From: an uncultured Candidatus Binatia bacterium
GTDB taxonomy: Bacteria > Desulfobacterota > Binatia > UBA9968 > JAJDTQ01
NCBI GenBank assembly: GCA_965242525.1
Contig: OZ251459.1
Span: forward strand, 3,392,001-3,456,000
Reading direction: 5' to 3'
Length of the DNA: 64,000 bases
In this document: positions 38,227 to 47,746 of the stretch, one piece after another
Layout: each line of letters opens with the position of its first letter
Position numbering within the stretch: the first letter of the stretch is position 1
Program-made: the position numbers and the translations under genes
The notes under the pieces: model-generated
The model's input: only the letters and a program-made list of their open reading frames with translations
Databases searched by the model: none
Told to the model about the DNA's origin: nothing

Positions 38227-38990
38227 CGATGTGGGGCGTTTGCGGGAATGACGGGGCAGGCGCCTGCAGGAATGATGCAGGCAGGCGTCCGCAGGAATGA
38301 CGTGCGGTGGGTGCCTGCGGGAATGACGAGGCAGGCTCCTGCGGGAATGATGCGGGCAGGCTCCTGCGGGAATGATGCGGGCAGGCTCCTGCGGGAATGA
38401 TGCGGGCAGGCTCCTGCGGGAATGATGCGGGCAGGCTCCTGCGGGAATGATGCGGGCAGGCTCCTGCAGGAATGACGTGCGGGCAGGCGTCTGCAGGAAT
38501 GACGTGCGGGCAGGCGTCTGCAGGAATGACGCGGGGTGGGCGTTTGCGGGAATGACGCGGCAGGTGCCCGCGGGAATGACAGGGTAGGCGCCTGCGAGAA
38601 TGATGCGGTGTGGGCGTCTGCGGGAATGACGGGGCATGCATCGCGGACGTCCACACCGTCATTCCCGCGAAAGCGGGAATCCACTTTCTCAACTCACCGA
38701 ATGGCGTTCCTTCCCTCCCTCGTAGGGGAGGGAATCACCACCTCCTCCTCTTATCCCCGTTCGTCCTGAGCGTAGCGAAGCGAAGTCGAAGGACGCGCTC
38801 TTCCTCCGGCAGACCGGGGTTTCCTGGCGCTGTATGGATTCCCGCTTTCGCGGGAATGACGAGGGTGTGGCGTATGCGGGAATGACAAGGTGGGGCTTTC
38901 GCGGGAATGACGGGGGCAGGCGTCTGCAGGAATGGCGCGGTGTGGGCGTATGCGGGAATGACGGGGCAGGCGTCTGCGGAGCAATGACCC
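38203..38990. repeat. Composite repeat array: family-B palindromes bracketing ~25-bp tandem half units, interleaved with family-A elements
   Basis: Five perfect GCAGGCTCCTGCGGGAATGATGCGG units at 38331-38455; full palindromes at 38203, 38658 (inverted) and 38837. Confidence 0.92.
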
Positions 38991-39068
38991 CGTAAGTCCA
39001 ACCGTTCGTCCTGAGCGTAGCGGAGCGGAGTCGAAGGACGCGCCCTTCCTCCGGGAGGTCGGAGTTTC

Positions 39069-39896
39069 CTAGTGCTGTCTGCCGACCAGGCGGGCCGCCA
39101 GGGAGACGAAGAAGAGCGCCACCGCCACCAGCACGATGGCGCCGCCTGCGGCGAGGTCGAGTCGATACGCCAGCACGAGGCCCACGACGCCCGAGAGCGC
39201 GCCGATAGACCCGGCCAGCAGCACCTGCCACCGGAAGTTCGCCGCCCACAGGGCCGCGATGGCGGCCGGCACCACCAGCAGGGCCTGGATGAGCAACAGG
39301 CCCACGAGCCTCACGCCGATGACCACGGTGAGGGCCAACAGGACCAGCAGCAGCACGTTGAGCAGCAGCACCTTGTGGCCGTAGGCCATGGCCACCTCTT
39401 CGTCGAACGCCACCAGCAGGTGCTCCTTGAAGGTCAGCGCCATCACCGCCATGATGAGCGCGCTGACGCCAGCCAGGACCGTGAGCTCCCCGGAGGAGAT
39501 GGCCAACACGTTGCCGAACAGGTAGCTGAAAAGGTCCTGCTGGTAGCCGCTCTTCATGCTGAACAGCACGATGCCCAGAGCCATGGATCCCGAGAAGAAC
39601 ACGCCGATGACCGTGTCTTCGCTGATGTGGTCGCTCCGGCTGACCAGAGCGATGCCCAGAGCCACGGCGACGGCGAAGACGGCGCCGGTCACGAGGGGGT
39701 TCCAACCGGCCAGGATGCCGATGGCGACGCCGCCGATGGCCGAGTGGGAGACGCCCACGCCGATGAACGCGAGACGGCGCAACACCACGAAGAAGCCCAG
39801 TATGCCGCACAGCAGTCCGATGAGGACGGCCGCGGTCAGGGCGCGCTGCATGAAGGCGAAATCGAGCATGTGGGCGGCGGGCGGCGGCCCGGTCAC
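39069..39896 (-). CDS. Zn/Mn ABC transporter permease (ZnuB-like)
   Basis: 'FMQRAL', 'LRRLAFIGVGVSHSAIGG', 'SEDTVIG', 'YLFGNVL', 'VGLLLIQALLVVPA'. Confidence 0.92.
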   Translation of the reverse strand: MTGPPPAAHMLDFAFMQRALTAAVLIGLLCGILGFFVVLRRLAFIGVGVSHSAIGGVAIGILAGWNPLVTGAVFAVAVALGIALVSRSDHISEDTVIGVFFSGSMALGIVLFSMKSGYQQDLFSYLFGNVLAISSGELTVLAGVSALIMAVMALTFKEHLLVAFDEEVAMAYGHKVLLLNVLLLVLLALTVVIGVRLVGLLLIQALLVVPAAIAALWAANFRWQVLLAGSIGALSGVVGLVLAYRLDLAAGGAIVLVAVALFFVSLAARLVGRQH

Positions 39897-40678
39897 GCTT
39901 GGCTATGACGGTCCTCGTGGTGGGTGAGCTCGCCGGCCAGGAAGTCGAACTCGCAACAGTAGGCTTCGCGGATGGCGTGGCTGTGGATCACGTCTTCGGC
40001 GTTCCCGTGGATATGCATTCGCTGGTTGATGCAGATCAACTCGTCGGCCTCGCCCGCCAGGGCCACGAGGTCGTGGGACACCGCCACGATGGTGAGGGTG
40101 AGGTCGCGCATGAGCTTTCGCAGCAGGGCATAGAACTCTTGCTCCGCGGGGAGGTCGAGTCCCACCGTGGGCTCGTCGAGGATCAGCAAGCGGGTGCTGG
40201 CGCACAATGCCTGGGCCAGGATGACCCGGCGCTGCTCGCCGCCGGACAGCCGCCCCACAGGGCGGCCCTTGCGATCCAGCATCCCCACCAGGGCAAGGCT
40301 GTCGTCCACCCGGCGCCAATCCCTGCGTCTGGGGAACCCCGCGGTCCCAAGGTCCCGGAACCGTCCCATCATCACCACGTCGGCGACGGTGGCCGGGAAG
40401 TTGCCGGGGATGCTCTGGCGTTGCGGCACGTAGCCGATGGCGTGGGAACGGCTCCGGCCCGGCGGGTAGCCGAACACCTCCACGCGGCCCCGCGCCGCAG
40501 ACACCAGGCCGAGGACCGCGCGCAAGAGCGTGGTCTTGCCCGCGCCGTTGGGTCCCACGATCCCCACGAACTCGCCTTCGTGCACGTTGAAGTCGATGTC
40601 GTGCAGCACGCTGTGTCCGCCGAGCTCCACCGACACGCCGCTCAACCCCACCGCCACCTGGCGCTCGTCCCGGCTCAA
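39893..40678 (-). CDS. Zn/Mn ABC transporter ATPase (ZnuC-like)
   Basis: 'GPNGAGKTT', 'GYVPQ', 'LSGGEQRR', 'LDEPT', 'VSHD'. Confidence 0.93.
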   Translation of the reverse strand: MSRDERQVAVGLSGVSVELGGHSVLHDIDFNVHEGEFVGIVGPNGAGKTTLLRAVLGLVSAARGRVEVFGYPPGRSRSHAIGYVPQRQSIPGNFPATVADVVMMGRFRDLGTAGFPRRRDWRRVDDSLALVGMLDRKGRPVGRLSGGEQRRVILAQALCASTRLLILDEPTVGLDLPAEQEFYALLRKLMRDLTLTIVAVSHDLVALAGEADELICINQRMHIHGNAEDVIHSHAIREAYCCEFDFLAGELTHHEDRHSQA

Positions 40679-41907
40679 TTGCCCGCTCCTCCCAACGCCC
40701 GTCCGAAGGCGCGCGCGTTGAACCGCATCAGTCCTTCATAGGTGGAGCGCGCAGGGTCGCCGGAGTCGCCCAACGGGTCCACCAGCACCGTGCCCGCGCC
40801 GAACTCCCCGGCTATGGTCCTCGCCACCCGCGGGTCCAACTGGGGCTCCACCATGATGTTCCGGACCCCTGCGGCCCGGGCGCCGCGCACCAGGCGGGCG
40901 ACCTCCGCGGGAGTCGGCTCCTCGCCGGCGAACTCCTGGACCGCGTCCACCTCTTCGATGTCGTACCTTTCGGCGAAATAAGCCCACGCCCTGTGGAAGG
41001 AGACGAACTGCCGCCCGTCCGCCATGGCCAACTGCTGCCGGATCTCCGCGTCCAGAGCCGTCAACCGTTGACGGAAGTCCTCCGCGCGCTTCCGGTAGTA
41101 CTCCCCGCCCGCAGGGTCGGCTTCGATGAGGTGCTCGACCAGGACCGGCAGCACCGCGTCCCTGACCCGTATCGGGTCGAGCCAGAAGTGGGGGTCGAGC
41201 CCTTCCATCTCCTCGGAGGCGTGGCCCTCCTCGTGGCCGTGCCCCTTCTCGTGCGGCTCCTCCCCGTGGCCATGCTTCGCCTCGGCGTGTTCGTGGCCGT
41301 GGCCGCGGTGCGACTCGGCGCGTTCCTTCGCATGTTCGCGCTCATGGCCGTGCTCCGCCTTGGCGTGGCCGTGGCCGTGTTCGCGGTGCGCCTCGGCGTG
41401 TTCTTTCGCATGTTCACGCTCGTGGCCATGCCCTGCCTCGGCGTGGCCGTGCTTCTCCTCGGCATGACCGTGACCGTGGTCGCGGTGCGCCTCGGCCTGT
41501 TCCTTCGCATGTTCGCGCTCATGGCCGTGGCCGTGGTGGTGATGGTGGTCGGCCTCCAGCGGCTTCAGGTTCGGCGCCGCGATCAGGGTCACCCTCTCCA
41601 ACGCGCCGGAAGCCGCCCCCAGCAGCTTGTCGAACCAACCGTCGAAGCCCCCGCCGACGCTGACGAAGTACCGGGCTTGCTGGAGCTTGACCATGTCGCT
41701 CGGCACCGGCTCGAACGTATGCGGACTCGCGCCCGGCGGCACCAGCGCGTCCACCTTGACCCGCTCGCCTCCCACCTCTCCGACGAGGAAGGCGAGGGGA
41801 AGCACGCTGGTGACCACGCCCACGGGCTGCTTGCTTCCAAGAGCCGGATGGGCGACCATCCAGCAGCTTACCACCGCCATGAGCCCCAGGATCCACAATC
41901 TTTTCAT
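40675..41907 (-). CDS. Zn ABC transporter substrate-binding protein with a very long His-rich repeat loop (ZnuA-like)
   Basis: Start 'MKRLWILG' after GGAGG; 'PGASPHTFEP', His-rich insert, 'DPHFWLDP', 'FHRAWAYFA', 'DPLG'. Confidence 0.92.
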   Translation of the reverse strand: MKRLWILGLMAVVSCWMVAHPALGSKQPVGVVTSVLPLAFLVGEVGGERVKVDALVPPGASPHTFEPVPSDMVKLQQARYFVSVGGGFDGWFDKLLGAASGALERVTLIAAPNLKPLEADHHHHHGHGHEREHAKEQAEAHRDHGHGHAEEKHGHAEAGHGHEREHAKEHAEAHREHGHGHAKAEHGHEREHAKERAESHRGHGHEHAEAKHGHGEEPHEKGHGHEEGHASEEMEGLDPHFWLDPIRVRDAVLPVLVEHLIEADPAGGEYYRKRAEDFRQRLTALDAEIRQQLAMADGRQFVSFHRAWAYFAERYDIEEVDAVQEFAGEEPTPAEVARLVRGARAAGVRNIMVEPQLDPRVARTIAGEFGAGTVLVDPLGDSGDPARSTYEGLMRFNARAFGRALGGAGN

Positions 41908-41937
41908 TCCGTAACCCTCCCGGTACAGTGATGTAAA

Positions 41938-41953
41938 TGATACCGTATTATCA
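41938..41953. promoter_or_regulatory. Possible Fur/Zur-type operator upstream of the znuA-like gene
   Basis: AT-rich imperfect palindrome TGATACCGTATTATCA about 30 nt upstream of the start. Spacing is one base longer than the 7-1-7 Fur consensus. Confidence 0.4.
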
Positions 41954-42017
41954 ATTGACCCGTTTGTCAACCGGGTGGATGAGTGGGTTGATCGAAAGAA
42001 TGGCTCTTCCGGCTTTT

Positions 42018-42192
42018 GGAACCTCTGAACAATCCGGACAGGGGGCATGAGCGCGTCCTTCGACTTCGCTTCGCTACGCTCAGGATGAATGGGGGGACTT
42101 CGCTTCGCTACGCTCAGGACGAACGGGGATAGGGGCGTCAGGGTGAGGGAATCGGGAATCCATCCCGGATGTCTCGATTGTTCAGAGGTTCC
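42018..42192. mobile_element. MITE, 175 bp
   Basis: Perfect 17-bp TIRs GGAACCTCTGAACAATC / GATTGTTCAGAGGTTCC, TTTT on both flanks, and internal tandem family-A hairpins. Confidence 0.85.
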
Positions 42193-42520
42193 TTTTGTGT
42201 GAGTAAGACAGGAGGGAAAGGGATCACGCCGTCATTGCTCCGCAGACGCCTGGCCCTGTCATTCCCACAGACGCCCACCCACCGTCATTCCCGCGAAAGC
42301 GGGAATCCATCCGGTTTCCTCGCTCTCGTTGTGCAAACCTCTCATACGGGGCGCCCATGGGGTTTGCTCGCAGGGTCTGGATTCCCGCCCCCGCTTCCGC
42401 GAGGACATGCTTTCGCGGGAATGACGAGGCGGGCTCTGCGGGGACAAGACAGGGGCTGAGCAGCAACGGCCGATACTGGTTCCGGGCCTCCCTGCCCGTC
42501 CCTCGACAGGCTTGGCGGCG

Positions 42521-43177
42521 CTATCCTGCTCCGAGGGCGCGCAGGTCCTCGAGCAGCGCGGCCGGGTCGGGAGCCGAGCCGAAATAGGCGAACCGCATGT
42601 TGCCTTCGGCGTCCGCCACCACCGTGAGCGTCGTGTGCTCGATGAGCCCCCGGTCCAGCCGCTTCACGCTCACGCCGAACTCCTGCCACACCGGGGCGAG
42701 CTCCGCGGCCTTGCCCGTGAGCCACCACCAGTTGGCGGCGGCGGCCTGGCGGCGGCGGCTGTAGGCCTTGAGGATCTCCGGCGTATCCACCTCCGGGTCC
42801 ATGGTAATGGACAGGAAGCGGACGCTCCCGGCCTCCCGGGGCGTCAGGCGCTCCCGCAGGATCTTGAGGCTCGCCGTCAGCAGCGTGCAGACGTCCGGGC
42901 ACGACGTGTAGATGAAGTTGATCACCGCGGGTTGGCCCCGGAACTTCCGGAACTCCTGCGGCCTGCCGTCCTGGTCGGTGAGGACGAAGTTGTCGATGGC
43001 GATGTTCAGCTCGCGCCTTTCCGCGAAATCCACCTTGAGGATGGACTGGCGGCCGTGATGGCCGTGCGACTCCTGCGCCGATGACGGCGCCGGCGCCAGG
43101 AGCAGCGGGAGGGCCAGGGCCGCGGCCCCGAGGAACCTCAGGGGACCACTCGTCCCGCTGCCGGTCTTGCCGTTCAT
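42521..43177 (-). CDS. SCO family copper chaperone
   Basis: 'FVLTDQDG', 'FIYTSCPDVC' (CxxxC), 'SITMDPEVDTPEIL', 'IEHT'; the start overlaps the ubiD stop. Confidence 0.9.
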   Translation of the reverse strand: MNGKTGSGTSGPLRFLGAAALALPLLLAPAPSSAQESHGHHGRQSILKVDFAERRELNIAIDNFVLTDQDGRPQEFRKFRGQPAVINFIYTSCPDVCTLLTASLKILRERLTPREAGSVRFLSITMDPEVDTPEILKAYSRRRQAAAANWWWLTGKAAELAPVWQEFGVSVKRLDRGLIEHTTLTVVADAEGNMRFAYFGSAPDPAALLEDLRALGAG

Positions 43178-44610
43178 CCTACCCCCCACTTCTTCGCGAC
43201 CTCGTCCTTGTACCGCCGCTCGAAGGCGTTCACGGGCGGGAAGCGGTCGATCCACTGGTAGGGCCGGCACGCGTCGATGAGCACCCGGTCGGTCACGTAG
43301 CCTTTGGTGTCCCGGTCCATGGGAGAGATGACCGGCTCGCACACCGAGGCCCACACGTTCTTCACGATGTCGATGCCCTCCCGCGGGTCGCAGCGGGTGG
43401 ACATGGCCCAGATGACCTCGCCCGGGTCGGTAATGTCCACGTCGTCGTCCACCACCACCACCATCTTGCCGCCGTAGGCACCGGCCCGGGCGCCCGCGGC
43501 CACCAGCAGCGCCTGCTTGGCGTGGCCGGTATAGCGCTGCTTGATGGAGATGACCGTGAAGGGTCCGGGCTGGCCGCCATAGACGAAGCCCCAGACCCCG
43601 GTCACGTCCGGGATACCGGCCTTCTCCAACTGCTCCCAGAGCGTGATGGCGCCCAGGGGAATGGGCAGGTAGCTGTTGGGCGGCCTCACCGGCGGGGCGC
43701 CGAGGATGATGGGGTCGTTGCGGTAATACACGCGCTTGACGGTCATCAGCGGCACGTCGCCTTCGGTGGCCTCCGTATAGTACCCCGGCCACTCGCCGAA
43801 GGGACCTTCCCTGGGGAGCTGCTCCGGCGGCAGCGGCGGGATCTCCCCTTCGAGCACCACCTCCCCGTTGGCCGGGATGGGCAGGCCGGTCACCGCGCCT
43901 CGGACCACCGGGACCGGGCTGCCCTTCATCCATCCGGCGAACTCGTACTCGCTCACCGCGGGCGGCAGCGGCATCTGCGACGACAGCAACACCGCGGGCT
44001 CCTGTCCCAGGGTGATGGCCACGGGCAGGGCCTCGCCCCGGGCGTGGGCCCGTTCCATGGCCAGGCGCCCGTGCTTGCCCTTGTTCATCTTGACCGAGAC
44101 CTTGTTCTTCTCCTGGATCATCACCCGGTAGGTGCCGACGTTGACGACGCCGGACTCCGGGTCCCGGGTGATGACGCCGCATCCCGTGCCGATGTAGCGG
44201 CCGCCGTCCAGGTCGTGCCACAGGGGGGTGGGGAACCTGTACAGGTCCACCTCGTCCTCGTCCATCCGGTTCTCGAACACCGGACCGCCCTCCACTTGGT
44301 CATAGGGGAGCGGTTGGAACTCCAGGGTCCGCTTGCGCCATGCGTGCAGGAAATCGACCCCCTTCACGTCGGTGGGCAGCCCCATGGCCACCGCCGCCCG
44401 CCGACACGTGCGGAACAGGTTGGAGATGATGCGGAACCCCTTGGGAAACCCCTCGAACCCGTCGAACAGCAGGGCCGCCTGCTCGGTGTCGCCCATGTGC
44501 TCGGTGAGGGCGCCCACCTCCGTGTCCAGGTCCGCGCCCTCGATCCGCCTGACCTCGCCCATGTCCTCCAAGGTCCGTATGAAGCTTCTCATGTCGCCTG
44601 CTGGCTGCAT
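43174..44610 (-). CDS. UbiD family (prFMN-dependent) decarboxylase
   Basis: 'DGGRYIGT', 'NVGTYR', 'EVVLEG', 'EGPFGEWPGYY', 'VDDDVD', 'IDACRP'. Confidence 0.93.
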   Translation of the reverse strand: MQPAGDMRSFIRTLEDMGEVRRIEGADLDTEVGALTEHMGDTEQAALLFDGFEGFPKGFRIISNLFRTCRRAAVAMGLPTDVKGVDFLHAWRKRTLEFQPLPYDQVEGGPVFENRMDEDEVDLYRFPTPLWHDLDGGRYIGTGCGVITRDPESGVVNVGTYRVMIQEKNKVSVKMNKGKHGRLAMERAHARGEALPVAITLGQEPAVLLSSQMPLPPAVSEYEFAGWMKGSPVPVVRGAVTGLPIPANGEVVLEGEIPPLPPEQLPREGPFGEWPGYYTEATEGDVPLMTVKRVYYRNDPIILGAPPVRPPNSYLPIPLGAITLWEQLEKAGIPDVTGVWGFVYGGQPGPFTVISIKQRYTGHAKQALLVAAGARAGAYGGKMVVVVDDDVDITDPGEVIWAMSTRCDPREGIDIVKNVWASVCEPVISPMDRDTKGYVTDRVLIDACRPYQWIDRFPPVNAFERRYKDEVAKKWGVG

Positions 44611-44829
44611 TCGTCTCTCCCTTTCGATAATCCACGGCGCGGGGATGTACCGGGACTGCCCCCGCCCCGCGGCATTTTCCTGCCCACGGTTCCTGTTGGC
44701 TCAGGAAGGCTCCTAACACAGGCCCGCGGACATTTCGAGCTTCAAGGCGGCCGGGTCGAGAATGGTTGACAATCGGGCGCCATGAAGTAGGGTTATCCCA
44801 CCTTCAACCGTACCCGGAGGGTGCAATCC

Positions 44830-45078
44830 ATGCACATGGTCAAGCTGCGCTCCAAGAACCAGGTCACCCTTCCCGGAAAAGTGGTGGCCCTGGCCGGACT
44901 GAAGGAGGGCGATTTCCTGAACGTCACCGCGGAGGGGACCCGGATCGTCATCACGGCCCGGGAGACCCGCGAGCGTGGCGCCGGCTACACCATGTCCGAC
45001 CTTCTTGGCGCGGCTTCCGGGATCTACGACTCGGCGGAGGACGTCGACGCGGAGATCGCCGATGGCCGCACCGAATGA
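44830..45078 (+). CDS. AbrB/MazE-type antitoxin (VapB-like)
   Basis: 'KLRSKNQVTLPGKVV...LKEGD'; ATGA overlap with the PIN gene. Confidence 0.85.
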   Translation: MHMVKLRSKNQVTLPGKVVALAGLKEGDFLNVTAEGTRIVITARETRERGAGYTMSDLLGAASGIYDSAEDVDAEIADGRTE

Positions 45079-45527
45079 GCGTCGCTTGGCCCGTGCTCGG
45101 GTGCCGTACCTATCTCGACGCCAACCTTTACATCTACGTATTCGAGGGCATCGAAACGTACCGCACCAGGATGGCTGGGCTGCTGGCGGAGATCGATCGG
45201 CAGGACACCAGTGTGATCGCGAGCGAACTGCTCTTCACCGAACTCCTGCCCCGCCCCATGAAGGATGGCCGGCAAGATCTGGTCGAGCGTTATCTGGAAC
45301 TGTTTCGGAGCACCCCTCGCATCCATCTGGCGCCGATTGACCGCCGGGTGATCCTGCGTTCCGTCCAACTGCGGGCGGACTTCGGGCTGCGGTCGATGGA
45401 CGCCCTGCATCTGGCGACCGCGCTCGTCCACGACTGCGAGACCTTCGTCACCAACGACCAGCGCCTCGCCCGCGTGGACCGGCCCCGCATACTCACCCTT
45501 GCATCTCTGAAAGAACCGACATGCTGA
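45075..45527 (+). CDS. PIN-domain toxin (VapC family)
   Basis: 'YLDANLYIY', 'SELLFTEL', 'LRSMDALHLATA', 'FVTND'. Confidence 0.9.
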   Translation: MSVAWPVLGCRTYLDANLYIYVFEGIETYRTRMAGLLAEIDRQDTSVIASELLFTELLPRPMKDGRQDLVERYLELFRSTPRIHLAPIDRRVILRSVQLRADFGLRSMDALHLATALVHDCETFVTNDQRLARVDRPRILTLASLKEPTC

Positions 45528-45633
45528 GGGCCGAATGCGCAGCGAACGATGGGGCCGGAGCGGGGACGGACTTTGGCTCCCACTCCATCCAGGACCATAA
45601 CTTCAAACGCCCTGGTTCTCCACATGAACCGCC

Positions 45634-46392
45634 TCATGGACCGGCGTGGCGGGTAAGGCGCCATGTTTCTTTCTCACAAGCGTCTGGTTTACACGATCCA
45701 GCGGGCTGTTCGACCCATCTCCGCAGAGACTCCGCGAACCGCTTACCCATCTCTCCGCGTTGTTCGACCGTGCTTGCGAACTCGCAAAAATCGATAACCC
45801 TCTTGCCGCCTGCTTTTGTGGGAGATTTTCTGGGTAAGATATAGATTACTCGAAGATTACAATCACTACCGAAGATTCTTATCTTGTCGATGAGTCTCCG
45901 TACGCCTGTAGATCTCTCGTTATACATTAAGCCTTCAAGTTCAGGACACATTTCGATAAGATTCAGACATTCCAAGTCCTTCAGAATATGAAAGTATTTT
46001 TTACGAGCTAATTTGTCGTTTTTTGCTTTAGCCAAGTGCTTTACATCGCAAAGGAGCTTGTACACCCCTTTCTTGTGAGCTTCGCAAAGATATCGATCTT
46101 GAATAGGATCAAGGGAACCCATATCGGTCTTGAGCTCTATGAGGAAAGCATATTTCTTGTCGCTTGACAGCGCGAAGTAGTCAGCTTTGTATGACTGTCC
46201 GTTATCTTTGTTCTTCCTTATAGGGAACTCAGGAATGATAGGCGACTGGACCTTGATCTTACATATCTCTTCCAGTACGCAGGACAGGAACAAGGTAAAG
46301 AACGGGGCAGCCGCAGACTCCAGACGGTAGCCATGTTGGTGTCGCAACTTGTCCAACAAGTTGAACACATCCTGCACGGTTGGATCCACCAT
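45634..46392 (-). CDS. AT-rich hypothetical protein with a PD-(D/E)xK nuclease-like motif
   Basis: 'PEFPI...KADYFAL...FLIELKTD' (E...D...ExK); markedly more AT-rich than its neighbours. Confidence 0.65.
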   Translation of the reverse strand: MVDPTVQDVFNLLDKLRHQHGYRLESAAAPFFTLFLSCVLEEICKIKVQSPIIPEFPIRKNKDNGQSYKADYFALSSDKKYAFLIELKTDMGSLDPIQDRYLCEAHKKGVYKLLCDVKHLAKAKNDKLARKKYFHILKDLECLNLIEMCPELEGLMYNERSTGVRRLIDKIRIFGSDCNLRVIYILPRKSPTKAGGKRVIDFCEFASTVEQRGEMGKRFAESLRRWVEQPAGSCKPDACEKETWRLTRHAGP

Positions 46393-46404
46393 TTCGCATC
46401 CTCC

Positions 46405-46731
46405 TTATCCTCGTCTTGCACATAGCCCGGGACGGCAGATCATCACCTTGGCCTTCGGCGTTTCCCAGATCACGACATCGGCGCGCGGGCTCTTGTGGCC
46501 GTGCGTGGTCCGCCGCTCCTGGGCCATCTGTTCGAGCGCGTAGCCATAGTTGTCGCAGAGGTGGCGGATGAAGTGCTGGCGCACGGTTTCTTCCGGCTTC
46601 CCGGTCACGTCCCGCCACTCCTGTCGCAGAGGAATCCAAAGCCGGTCCCCCTGCCGGTGCAAGGCTTCGGATTCCGCCGGAAACGGCACCGCGGGCGCTG
46701 CCTCGGGTTTCCTTCCCGTGTTCTTCGCCAT
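46405..46731 (-). pseudogene. Truncated HsdR_N-type (type I/IIG restriction-modification) N-terminus
   Basis: GGAGGAG RBS; 'KPEETVRQ..I..L...YGY..EQM..E......RADVVIW' breaks off before the expected ExK motif. Confidence 0.7.
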
Positions 46732-46845
46732 TTTTTGCTCTCCTCCGGTGCATCCGCCCGTCCTGGGCGGCGTTCCGGCGGTCCACTCCGAAGCGGTCTC
46801 GCAAGGTGACGTTTTCCAGCCGCTTCCCGTCGGCGTCCGAAGTGA

Positions 46846-46968
46846 CGATCAATTCCCGGTCAAATCCTTGCTTGGATGATAACCTGTTGTGCGATAAAGG
46901 GTTTTCTCCCAATGGGAACCCCCGGGAGAGGTTGATCCGGCCCTGCGATCAATTCCCGGTCAAATCCT
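46846..46968. repeat. Perfect 23-bp direct repeat, 100 bp apart
   Basis: CGATCAATTCCCGGTCAAATCCT at 46846-46868 and 46946-46968. Confidence 0.85.
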
Positions 46969-47038
46969 GTTCGCCATCGTCCCGCCCATCGGCAATCGCT
47001 TGGCGCGGGGCAAGCCCCAGCCCCATCCGGCCTCCCCT

Positions 47039-47713
47039 TCACTGCACGTAGATCTTCTTGGCGGCTTCCAGGCCCAGGACTACCTGGTCCTCGCCGACCT
47101 TGAGGGTAATGGTGCCCAGGGACGGGGCCACATCGAGGACGTCGATGCTCGATCCGGGATGGACCTTGTGGTCGTAGAGGAACGACAACAGCCTCTCGTC
47201 CCGCTCGCCGGTCTCGGTGATGCAGCGAAAAGTGACCTTGCGGCCGGCCTCTGCCGTGTTCAGGGGATGCCACTCGCGCCGCGGGGATAGCTGGCCGTCC
47301 TTGGGGATGGGGTTGCCGTGGGGGCAGGTGGCGGGGTTGTCCAGGATCGCGCTGAGGCGCTCCTCCACCACCGGGGAGATGGCGTGCTCCAGGTGATGCG
47401 CCTCCTGGTGGGCGGTGACCCAGTCCAGCCCCAGCAGGTCCGTCAGCAGCCGCTCGGTCAGGAAGTGCCGCCGCAGGATGGCCTCGGCGACCTCGCGGCC
47501 CTTGGAGGTCAGGTAGATGTTCTTGCGGCGCTCCACCCGCACGAACTCTTCCTTCTCCAGCCGCCGCAGGGCGCTGAACATGGTCGAAGGCGTCACGCCG
47601 ATGTCTTCGGCGACCCGCGCCGCGATGACCTGGTCGCCCTCCTCGGCCAGGCTGTAGATGGCCTTGAGGTAGTCTTCGGTGGCCGAGGTGACCTCTGAAC
47701 GCTTTCCCGCCAT
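47039..47713 (-). CDS. DtxR/MntR/IdeR-family metal-dependent repressor with C-terminal FeoA domain
   Basis: 'EDYLKAIY', 'RRHFLTERLL', 'EAHHLEHAIS', 'TCPHGNPIP'. Confidence 0.93.
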   Translation of the reverse strand: MAGKRSEVTSATEDYLKAIYSLAEEGDQVIAARVAEDIGVTPSTMFSALRRLEKEEFVRVERRKNIYLTSKGREVAEAILRRHFLTERLLTDLLGLDWVTAHQEAHHLEHAISPVVEERLSAILDNPATCPHGNPIPKDGQLSPRREWHPLNTAEAGRKVTFRCITETGERDERLLSFLYDHKVHPGSSIDVLDVAPSLGTITLKVGEDQVVLGLEAAKKIYVQ

Positions 47714-47746
47714 GCTGGATTCCGTGGACGAGGCCGGCCGCGGCCC

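Noticed and set aside
38203-38990. CRISPR array
   Set aside because: Units are ~25 bp in total, five are identical, and the variable parts are related to each other rather than being unique spacers. No cas genes are present in the window.
38021-39001. Repeat-protein ORFs ('IIPAGACPHHSRRSLPASFPQEPAR', 'VLRLRFATLRTNG')
   Set aside because: These are translations of the non-coding repeat families in several frames.
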